From Eledone cirrhosa (Eukaryota), in assembly GCA_964016885.1 (NCBI GenBank), contig OZ024741.1:102052001-102116000 (forward strand): a stretch of DNA of 64,000 nt, written 5' to 3'. Positions 53,401 to 64,000 of this stretch are shown here, one piece after another. The position numbers and the translations under genes are program-made. Within the stretch, counting starts at the first letter, position 1; each line of letters begins with the position of its first letter. The notes below the pieces were generated by a model. It did not search any database. It saw only the letters and a list, made by a program, of their open reading frames with translations, and was not told where the DNA came from.

Positions 53401-54757
53401 CGTTTATTTTGATTTTCATTATTTTTTTGTGGGGTTAAATATTATATCCTAAAGGCATTAGAAAGCCTTTTTCATGAATCGAAGAGGAGATATTTCGTAG
53501 ATACAGAAGTGATTAACAATATACAAAAACATATACTAGTTTTGGGGGTCCACTTTTCACATTTGGCCTGTGTCTAAAACCATACTTGTCGGCCTATGTT
53601 TAAGAACTGATCTTGACACATTACCAGTTTTAGCGGAGTTCAATTCTAAACACTCATGGTTCCATTATTAGCTTTGGGTGTCTAAATCTCAGAACTAACC
53701 TGGAGCTATTAACCATTTCTGTGAATAGATTTCACAATTGGGCTGGCCCGTTTATCAGCGTAAGAAGGTCCACATTTCAAAAATGACATTGGAATATTAC
53801 GAATTTTAGGTTTCTAGCCCAACTAAACCGGAATTATTACCAACTTTGGTGTCTAAATTTCAATAGACCTGTAAATATTTCCAGCTTTGGGAGATTAGAT
53901 TTCAAATTTTGTCTGGTCCAAACACCAGCTTTAGGGACCTACATTTAATATTCTATTTGGCCCTTAATATCAATTCAGGGTGCCGATATTTCACAACTGT
54001 CCCTGGAGTAATGCCATCACTAGTAAATTTATTTTGGGGTTGACGGTGTGCTAATTTTCACATCTCACGAGTTTTGGTAGTCTACATTTGATAATAGATT
54101 CGGGCCTATTCCTAAGTTATGGAGGTTACGTTTTACATCTGACCTGGGACGATTATCAATTTCTGTAGCCTACATTTTACACTTCACCTGGTTATATAAG
54201 CAGATTTCTTTACGGAATGGGTGTACACTTCACTTCTCATCTGGGCCTATATTCTGGTTTGCATGGGCTTAATTATAAATACGGTGAAATAGCCTGATTC
54301 GTGCGTGTGTGTGTGTGTGTGTGGGGGGGGGCTCTACATATCAATATTTGTCTGGTCTTTAATACCAATTTAGGAGGCTAATGATTCAGGACTGTCCTTG
54401 GATAATTGACTTCACCACGAAATTTATTTAGGGGCTGTGGGTATGCTATATTTAATATCTCACGGGTTTTGGGAGTCTACATTTGAAGTGAGAGCAAATA
54501 AAAATCCATAATTATAGACCGTGGAACTTTTAGAATTTATGGTTATCACATTAGCACAAGAATGAAAGTACAACTAGTTTTTTACTTAACAGATAATTAA
54601 AGTATATAAGATATAATAGAGCAGCTATCGAAATATCTCTAATTAAACGTTAATGAGAGATACACATTGAAGTCTTGGACATTGTACTTTGGCTGACGTT
54701 ATAGCAATTAGCAAGTGGTAGTGTTGATGTAGTTAAGTATAAGAAAAACTGTTAGTT

Positions 54758-54852
54758 GCCTCGGTAGCGCAGTAGGCAGCGCGTCAGTCTCATAATCAGA
54801 AGTAATACTTGGAGGAATCTTAAGGTCGTGAGTTCGATCCTCACCTGGGGCA
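54758..54852 (+). tRNA. tRNA-Met(CAT), A-type, G42T variant
   Basis: Exon 2 starts ATCTTAAGG, breaking the C28:G42 anticodon-stem pair. Confidence 0.8.
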
Positions 54853-55723
54853 CAATTATTTTGATCTTACTATTTTTTTGTGAGGTTCAATATTATCTTA
54901 TAAAGGCATTAGAAAGCCATTTCATAAATCGAGAATGAGATATTTCGTAGATTTAGAAGTGATTGACTATATACAATGTGTTCTTTTAACCAAATTTTAC
55001 ACTGAATTAATGTGTACTTAGAAATGTGGTGTACATATGATATCTGTTTTGGTTATATTAACAGTTTTTCACTAATAACACGGAGATAATACCGGCATTG
55101 TGAGGGGGAAGCTATATTTTACAATAGACTTGGACCTATTACTAGTTTCGGGGACCCACATTGTACATGTGGGCCTACATTTAAGAATTGATCTTGACTT
55201 ATTACAAGCTTTAGCGGAGTTCATTTCTTAGCTCATATAGGTGCTATTATTAGCTTTGTCGGTCTAAATTTCAGAACAAAACTAGAGCTAGTAGCCGTTT
55301 CATGAGACTTGATTTCAGAAATGGGCTGGCCCTTTTATCAGTGTAAGTGTGTCCACATTTTAAAAATTGACATTGGTATATTACCAATTGTAGCTACCTA
55401 CATATCCAACTACACCCGTCTTATTACCCATTTTGGTGTCTAAATTTCAATTGATCTGGGAGAATCTATTTCAAATTTGGTCTGGTCCAAACACCAGCAT
55501 TTGGGGACCTACTGTTCACATTTGATCTGGCCCTTAATACCAATTTAGGGGTCCCATATTTCACAACTATCCCTGGAGGAATGCCATCACCAGTAGATTT
55601 ACTTTGGGGTTGACGGTGTGCTAATTTTCACAATGAAGTCTTGGACATTGTACCTTAGCTGACATTATAGCAATTACCACGTGATAGTATTGATGTAGTT
55701 AAATATAAATAAAGCTTGTAGTT

Positions 55724-55818
55724 GCCTCGGTAGCGCAGTAGGCAGCGCGTCAGCCTCATAATCAAAAGTAATAATTAGAGGAATCTGAAGGTCGTGAGTT
55801 CGATCCTCACCTGGGGCA
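55724..55818 (+). tRNA. tRNA-Met(CAT), B-slot, T31C variant
   Basis: TCAGCCTCATA; C66; B intron. Confidence 0.88.
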
Positions 55819-56826
55819 TATTTATTTTGATTTTCATTATTTTTTTTGTGGGGTTCAATATTATCTTCTAAAGTCATTAGAAAGCCTTTTTCATGAATCG
55901 AAGAGGAGATATGTCGTAGATACAGAAGTGATTAACAATATACAAAACCATATACTAGGTTTGGGTGTCCACTTTTCATATTTGGCCTGCGTCTGAAACC
56001 ATACTTTTCGGCCTATGTTTAAGAACTGATTTTTACCCATTACCAGTTTTAGCGGAGTTTCATTTCTAAACACTCATGGTTCCATTATTAGCTTTGGGTG
56101 TCTAAATCTAAGAACTAACCTGGAGCTATCAACCATTTCTGTCACTAGATTTCACAATTGGGCTGGCCCGTTTATCAGCGTAAGCAGGTCCACATTTCAA
56201 AAATGACATTGGAATATTACGAATTTTAGGTTTCTAGCCCAACTAAACCGGAATTATTACCAACTTTGGTGTCTAAATTTCAATTGACCTGTAAACATTT
56301 CCATCTTTGGGAGATTAGATTTCAAATTTTGTCTGGTCCAAACACCAGCTTTGGGGACCTACATTTAATATTCTATTTGGCCCTTAATATCAATTCAGGG
56401 TGCCGATATTTCACACCTGTCCCTGGAGGAATGCCATCACTAGTAAATTTATTTTGGGGTTGACGGTGTGCTAATTTTCACATCTCACGAGTTTTGGTAG
56501 TCTACATTTCAAAATAGATTCGGGCCTATTCCTAAGTTATGGAGGTTACGTGTTACATCTGACCTGGGACGATTATCAATTTCTGTAGCCTACATTTTAC
56601 ACTTCACCTGGTCATATAAGCAGATTTCTTTACGGAGTGGGTGTACATTTCACTTCTCATCTGGGCCTATATTCTGGTTTGCATGGGCTTAATTATAAAT
56701 ACGGTGAAATAGCCTGATTCGTGTGTGTGTGTGTGTGGGGGGGGGGGGGGTCATCTACATATCGATATTTGTCTGGTCTTTAATACCAATTTAGGAGTCT
56801 TATCAATCACGACTGCCCTTGGATAA

Positions 56827-57229
56827 TTGCCTTTACCATGAAATTTATGTAGGGTCTTATGTGTCTGCTATATTTAAAATCTTACGGGTTTTGGGAGTCT
56901 ACATTTGAAGTGAGAGCAAATAAAAATCGATAATCAGAGACCGTGGAGTTTTCAGATTTTATGGTTAAATGCTCAACATAAGAATGAAAGTACACCAGTC
57001 TTGTACTTCAGGTAATTAAAGTAGATTTGCCATCACCACCAAATTTATTACTGGGCTGGAAGTATGCTATATTTAATATCTCACGGATTTTGGAAGTCTA
57101 CATTTGAAGTGAGTGAAAATAAAAATCCATGATTAGAGACCGTGGAGTTTTCAGAATTTATGGTTAAATGCTGAATATAAGAATGAATCTACAACTAGTT
57201 TTTTTATTTAACAGGTATATAAAGTAGAT
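56827..57229 (+). repeat. Diverged ~200-bp tandem duplication in the spacer
   Basis: ttgcc...aaatttat...gtctacatttgaagtgag...aaagtagat occurs twice, starting at 56827 and 57027; same at ~61738/61938. Confidence 0.8.
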
Positions 57230-58222
57230 AAAGCAGTTATGAAAATATCTCTAATTGAAAGTTAATGAGACATACATAATGAAGACTTAGACATTGTACA
57301 TTGGCTGACAATATAGCAATTAGCAAGTGATAGTGTTGATGTAGTAAAATATGAGTGAAACCGAGGTTCAATATTATCTTCTGAAGGCATTAGATAGCCC
57401 ATTTCATGAATCGAGGAGGAGATATTTCGTAGATTCAGAAGTGATTGACTATATACACTCTGTTCTTTTAACCAAATTTTACTCTGAATTAATGTGTACT
57501 TAGAAATGTGGTGTACATATGATATCTGTTTCGCTTATATTACCAGTTTTTCACTAATAACACGGAGATAATACCGGTATTGGGAGGGGGAGGCTATATT
57601 TTACAATAGATGTGGACCTATTACTAGTTTCGCGGACCCACATTTTACATGTGGCCTGGGTCTAATACCCCACTTGTGGGCCTACATTTAAGAATTGATC
57701 TTGACTTATTACAAGTTTTAACGGGGTTCATTTCTTAGCTCATATAGGTGCTATTATTAGCTTTGTGGGTCTAAATTTCAGAACAAAACTAGAGCTAGTA
57801 GCCGTTTCATGAGACTTGATTTCAGAAATGGGCTGGCTCCTTTATCGGCGTAAGTGGGTCCACATTTCAAAAACTGACATTGGTATATTACCAATGGTAG
57901 GTACCTACTTACCTATTACACCCGACTTATTACCAACTTTGGTGTCTTAATTTAAATTGATCTGGTCCTATTTCCAGCTTTGGGAGAATCTATTTCAAAT
58001 TTGGTCTAGTCCAAATACCAGCTTTGGGGACCTTAACATCAATGTAGGGGTCCCATATTTCACAACTATCCCTGGAGGAATGCCATCACCAGTAGATTTA
58101 CTTTGGGGTTGACGGTGTGCTAATTTTCACAATGAAGTCTTGGACATTGTACCTTAGCTGACATTATAGCAATTACCACGTGATAGTATTGATGTAGTTA
58201 AATATAAGCAGCGCTTACAGTT

Positions 58223-58317
58223 GCCTCGGTAGCGCAGTAGGCAGCGCGTCAGTCTCATAATCAAAAGTAATTCTTGGAGGAATCTGAAGGTCGTGAGTTC
58301 GATCCTCACCTGGGGCA
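58223..58317 (+). tRNA. tRNA-Met(CAT), B-slot, consensus exons (C66)
   Basis: Intron ATCAAAAGTAATTCTTGGAGGA. Confidence 0.95.
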
Positions 58318-59670
58318 CATTTATTTTGATTTTCATTATTTTTTTGTGGGGTTAAATATTATATCCTAAAGGCATTAGAAAGCCTTTTTCATGAATCGAA
58401 GAGGAGATATTTCGTAGATACAGAAGTGATTAACAATATACAAAAACATATACTAGTTTTGGGGGTCCACTTTTCACATTTGGCCTGTGTCTAAAACCAT
58501 ACTTGTCGGCCTATGTTTAAGAACTGATCTTGACACATTACCAGTTTTAGCGGAGTTCAATTCTAAACACTCATGGTTCCATTATTAGCTTTGGGTGTCT
58601 AAATCTCAGAACTAACCTGGAGCTATTAACCATTTCTGTGACTAGATTTCACAATTGGGCTGGCCCGTTTATCAGCGTAAGAAGGTCCACATTTCAAAAA
58701 TGACATTGGAATATTACGAATTTTAGGTTTCTAGCCCAACTAAACCGGAATTATTACCAACTTTGGTGTCTAAATTTCAATAGACCTGTAAATATTTCCA
58801 GCTTTGGGAGATTAGATTTCAAATTTTGTCTGGTCCAAACACCAGCTTTGGGGACCTACATTTAATATTCTATTTGGCCCTTAATATCAATTCAGGGTGC
58901 CGATATTTCACAACTGTCCCTGGAGTAATGCCATCACTAGTAAATTTATTTTGGGGTTGACGGTGTGCTAATTTTCACATCTCACGAGTTTTGGTAGTCT
59001 ACATTTGATAATAGATTCGGGCCTATTCCTAAGTTATGGAGGTTACGTTTTACATCTGACCTGGGACGATTATCAATTTCTGTAGCCTACATTTTACACT
59101 TCACCTGGTTATATAAGCAGATTTCTTTACGGAATGGGTGTACACTTCACTTCTCATCTGGGCCTATATTCTGGTTTGCATGGGCTTAATTATAAATACG
59201 GTGAAATAGCCTGATTCGTGCGTGTGTGTGTGGGGGGGTGGTGGCTCTACATATCAATATTTGTCTGGTCTTTAATACCAATTTAGGAGGCTAATGATTC
59301 AGGACTGTCCTTGGATAATTGACTTCACCACGAAATTTATTTAGGGGCTGTGGGTATGCTATATTTAATATCTCACGGGTTTTGGGAGTCTACATTTGAA
59401 GTGAGAGCAAATAAAAATCCATAATTATAGACCGTGGAACTTTTAGAATTTATGGTTATCACATTAGCACAAGAATGAAAGTACAACTAGTTTTTTACTT
59501 AACAGATAATTAAAGTATATAAGATATAATAGAGCAGCTATCGAAATAACTCTAATTAAACGTTAATGAGAGATACACATTGAAGTCTTGGACATTGTAC
59601 ATTGGCTGACGTTATAGCAATTAGCAAGTGGTAGTGTTGATGTAGTTAAGTATAAGAAGAACTGTTAGTT

Positions 59671-59765
59671 GCCTCGGTAGCGCAGTAGGCAGCGCGTCAG
59701 TCTCGTAATCAGAAGTAATACTTGGAGGAATCTGAAGGTCGTGAGTTCGATCCTCACCTGGGGCA
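59671..59765 (+). tRNA. tRNA-Met-derived gene with CGT (Thr) anticodon, 22-nt intron
   Basis: TCAGTCTCGTAATC: A35G at 59705; otherwise identical to the A-type gene. Confidence 0.85.
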
Positions 59766-60636
59766 CAATTATTTTGATCTTACTATTTTTTTGTGAGGTT
59801 CAATATTATCTTATAAAGGCATTAGAAAGCCATTTCATAAATCGAGAATGAGATATTTCGTAGATTCAGAAGTGATTGACTATATACAATGTGTTCTTTT
59901 AACCAAATTTTACACTGAATTAATGTGTACTTAGAAATGTGGTGTACATATGATATCTGTTTTGGTTATATTACCAGTTTTTCACTAATAACACGGAGAT
60001 AATACCGGCATTGTGAGGGGGAAGCTATATTTTACAATAGACTTGGACCTATTACTAGTTTCGGGGACCCACATTGTACATGTGGGCCTACATTTAAGAA
60101 TTGATCTTGACTTATTACAAGCTTTAGCGGAGTTCATTTCTTAGCTCATATAGGTGCTATTATTAGCTTTGTCGGTCTAAATTTCAGAACAAAACTAGAG
60201 CTAGTAGCCGTTTCATGAGACTTGATTTGAGAAGTGGGCTGGCCCTTTTCTCAGCGTAAGTGGGTCCAGATTTGAAACATTGACATTGGTATAGTACCAA
60301 TTGTAGCTACCTACATATCCAACTACACCCGTCTTATTACCCATTTTGGTGTCTAAATTTCAATTGATCTGGGAGAATCTATTTCAAATTTGGTCTGGTC
60401 CAAACACCAGCATTTGGGGACCTACTGTTCACATTTGATCTGGCCCTTAATACCAATTTAGGGGTCCCATATTTCACAACTATCCCTGGAGGAATGCCAT
60501 CACCAGTAGATTTACTTTGGGGTTGACGGTGTGCTAATTTTCACAATGAAGTCTTGGACATTGTACCTTAGCTGACATTATAGCAATTACCACGTGATAG
60601 TATTGATGTAGTTAAATATAAATAAAGCTTGTAGTT

Positions 60637-60731
60637 GCCTCGGTAGCGCAGTAGGCAGCGCGTCAGCCTCATAATCAAAAGTAATAATTAGAGGAATCTG
60701 AAGGTCGTGAGTTCGATCCTCACCTGGGGCA
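60637..60731 (+). tRNA. tRNA-Met(CAT), B-slot, T31C variant
   Basis: Same as 55724 copy. Confidence 0.88.
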
Positions 60732-63133
60732 TATTTATTTTGATTTTCATTATTTTTTTTGTGGGGTTCAATATTATCTTCTAAAGTCATTAGAAAGCCT
60801 TTTTCATGAATCGAAGAGGAGATATGTCGTAGATACAGAAGTGATTAACAATATACAAAACCATATACTAGGTTTGGGTGTCCACTTTTCATATTTGGCC
60901 TGCGTCTGAAACCATACTTTTCGGCCTATGTTTAAGAACTGATTTTTACCCATTACCAGTTTTAGCGGAGTTTCATTTCTAAACACTCATGGTTCCATTA
61001 TTAGCTTTGGGTGTCTAAATCTAAGAACTAACCTGGAGCTATCAACCATTTCTGTCACTAGATTTCACAATTGGGCTGGCCCGTTTATCAGCGTAAGCAG
61101 GTCCACATTTCAAAAATGACATTGGAATATTACGAATTTTAGGTTTCTAGCCCAACTAAACCGGAATTATTACCAACTTTGGTGTCTAAATTTCAATTGA
61201 CCTGTAAACATTTCCATCTTTGGGAGATTAGATTTCAAATTTTGTCTGGTCCAAACACCAGCTTTGGGGACCTACATTTAATATTCTATTTGGCCCTTAA
61301 TATCAATTCAGGGTGCCGATATTTCACACCTGTCCCTGGAGGAATGCCATCACTAGTAAATTTATTTTGGGGTTGACGGTGTGCTAATTTTCACATCTCA
61401 CGAGTTTTGGTAGTCTACATTTCAAAATAGATTCGGGCCTATTCCTAAGTTATGGAGGTTACGTGTTACATCTGACCTGGGACGATTATCAATTTCTGTA
61501 GCCTACATTTTACACTTCACCTGGTCATATAAGCAGATTTCTTTACGGAGTGGGTGTACATTTCACTTCTCATCTGGGCCTATATTCTGGTTTGCATGGG
61601 CTTAATTATAAATACGGTGAAATAGCCTGATTCGTGTGTGTGTGTGTGGGGGGGGGGGGTGTCATCTACATATCAATATTTGTCTGGTCTTTAATACCAA
61701 TTTAGGAGTCTTATCAATCACGACTGCCCTTGGATAATTGCCTTTACCATGAAATTTATGTAGGGTCTTATGTGTCTGCTATATTTAAAATCTTACGGGT
61801 TTTGGGAGTCTACATTTGAAGTGAGAGCAAATAAAAATCGATAATCAGAGACCGTGGAGTTTTCAGATTTTATGGTTAAATGCTCAACATAAGAATGAAA
61901 GTACACCAGTCTTGTACTTCAGGTAATTAAAGTAGATTTGCCATCACCACCAAATTTATTACTGGGCTGGAAGTATGCTATATTTAATATCTCACGGATT
62001 TTGGAAGTCTACATTTGAAGTGAGTGCAAATAAAAATCCATGATTAGAGACCGTGGAGTTTTCAGAATTTATGGTTAAATGCTGAATATAAGAATGAATC
62101 TACAACTAGTTTTTTTATTTAACAGGTATATAAAGTAGATAAAGCAGTTATGAAAATATCTCTAATTGAAAGTTAATGAGACATACATAATGAAGACTTA
62201 GACATTGTACATTGGCTGACAATATAGCAATTAGCAAGTGATAGTGTTGATGTAGTAAAATATGAGTGAAACCGAGGTTCAATATTATCTTCTGAAGGCA
62301 TTAGATAGCCCATTTCATGAATCGAGGAGGAGATATTTCGTAGATTCAGAAGTGATTGACTATATACACTCTGTTCTTTTAACCAAATTTTACTCTGAAT
62401 TAATGTGTACTTAGAAATGTGGTGTACATATGATATCTGTTTCGGTTATATTACCAGTTTTTCACTAATAACACGGAGATAATACCGGTATTGGGAGGGG
62501 GAGGCTATATTTTACAATAGATGTGGACCTATTACTAGTTTCGCGGACCCACATTTTACATGTGGCCTGGGTCTAATACCCCACTTGTGGGCCTACATTT
62601 AAGAATTGATCTTGACTTACTACAAGTTTTAACGGGGTTCATTTCTTAGCTCATATAGGTGCTATTATTAGCTTTGTGGGTCTAAATTTCAGAACAAAAC
62701 TAGAGCTAGTAGCCGTTTCATGAGACTTGATTTCAGAAATGGGCTGGCTCCTTTATCGGCGTAAGTGGGTCCACATTTCAAAAACTGACATTGGTATATT
62801 ACCAATGGTAGGTACCTACTTACCTATTACACCCGACTTATTACCAACTTTGGTGTCTTAATTTAAATTGATCTGGTCCTATTTCCAGCTTTGGGAGAAT
62901 CTATTTCAAATTTGGTCTAGTCCAAATACCAGCTTTGGGGACCTTAACATCAATGTAGGGGTCCCATATTTCACAACTATCCCTGGAGGAATGCCATCAC
63001 CAGTAGATTTACTTTGGGGTTGACGGTGTGCTAATTTTCACAATGAAGTCTTGGACATTGTACCTTAGCTGACATTATAGCAATTACCACGTGATAGTAT
63101 TGATGTAGTTAAATATAAGCAGCGCTTACAGTT

Positions 63134-63228
63134 GCCTCGGTAGCGCAGTAGGCAGCGCGTCAGTCTCATAATCAAAAGTAATTCTTGGAGGAATCTGAAG
63201 GTCGTGAGTTCGATCCTCACCTGGGGCA
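63134..63228 (+). tRNA. tRNA-Met(CAT), B-slot, consensus exons (C66)
   Basis: Same as 58223 copy. Confidence 0.95.
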
Positions 63229-64000
63229 CATTTATTTTGATTTTCATTATTTTTTTGTGGGGTTAAATATTATATCCTAAAGGCATTAGAAAGCCTTTTT
63301 CATGAATCGAAGAGGAGATATTTCGTAGATACAGAAGTGATTAACAATATACAAAAACATATACTAGTTTTGGGGGTCCACTTTTCACATTTGGCCTGTG
63401 TCTAAAACCATACTTGTCGGCCTATGTTTAAGAACTGATCTTGACACATTACCAGTTTTAGCGGAGTTCAATTCTAAACACTCATGGTTCCATTATTAGC
63501 TTTGGGTGTCTAAATCTCAGAACTAACCTGGAGCTATTAACCATTTCTGTGACTAGATTTCACAATTGGGCTGGCCCGTTTATCAGCGTAAGAAGGTCCA
63601 CATTTCAAAAATGACATTGGAATATTACGAATTTTAGGTTTCTAGCCCAACTAAACCGGAATTATTACCAACTTTGGTGTCTAAATTTCAATAGACCTGT
63701 AAATATTTCCAGCTTTGGGAGATTAGATTTCAAATTTTGTCTGGTTCAAACACCAGCTTTGGGGACCTACATTTAATATTCTATTTGGCCCTTAATATCA
63801 ATTCAGGGTGTCGATATTTCACAACTGTCCCTGGAGTAATGCCATCACTAGTAAATTTATTTTGGGGTTGACGGTGTGCTAATTTTCACATCTCACGAGT
63901 TTTGGTAGTCTACATTTGATAATAGATTCGGGCCTATTCCTAAGTTATGGAGGTTACGTTTTACATCTGACCTGGGACGATTATCAATTTCTGTAGCCTA

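Larger units (their letters stand above)
7655..64000 (+). repeat. Tandem tRNA-Met gene array, ~2.4-kb A+B dimer unit, continuing past the window end
   Basis: A-type genes at 11259, 13677, 16095, 18513, 20931, 23349, 25767 (period 2418); later periods 2401-2428; 21 A-type and 23 B-type genes counted. Confidence 0.97.
54758..64000 (+). repeat. ~4.9-kb higher-order repeat (3 tRNA genes plus 1 empty slot), nearly two copies
   Basis: Matching landmarks 55724/60637 (4913), 57363/62274 (4911), 58223/63134 (4911) with shared private variants. Confidence 0.9.

Noticed and set aside
55891-56463. 60-65 aa spacer ORFs (also 7855, 60804, 61179)
   Set aside because: Chance frames in repeat spacer, mostly with non-ATG starts, closed in other units.

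Overview
AT-rich eukaryotic (animal) DNA with no intact protein-coding gene. From ~8.8 kb to the window end it is a head-to-tail tandem array of 44 (+ strand) elongator tRNA-Met-type genes, each 95 nt with a 22-nt intron at canonical position 37/38. The array is hierarchical: degenerate ~44-bp sub-repeat, then two monomer types (A, B; gene spacing ~966 and ~1450 bp), then a ~2.4-kb A+B dimer (near-identical core 11.2-54.7 kb), then a ~4.9-kb higher-order repeat at the right end in which one tRNA slot is empty. One copy has anticodon CGT (Thr) on the Met body. The first ~8 kb is the decayed edge of the array: a ~2.4-kb inversion with two minus-strand copies, a degenerate copy, five SINE copies (three with visible target-site duplications), a CRE-like retrotransposon 3' fragment and a CR1-like LINE fragment. 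The SINE resembles, from memory only, the abundant Octopus SINE, so a cephalopod source is a tentative inference. All alignments and counts were made by eye.
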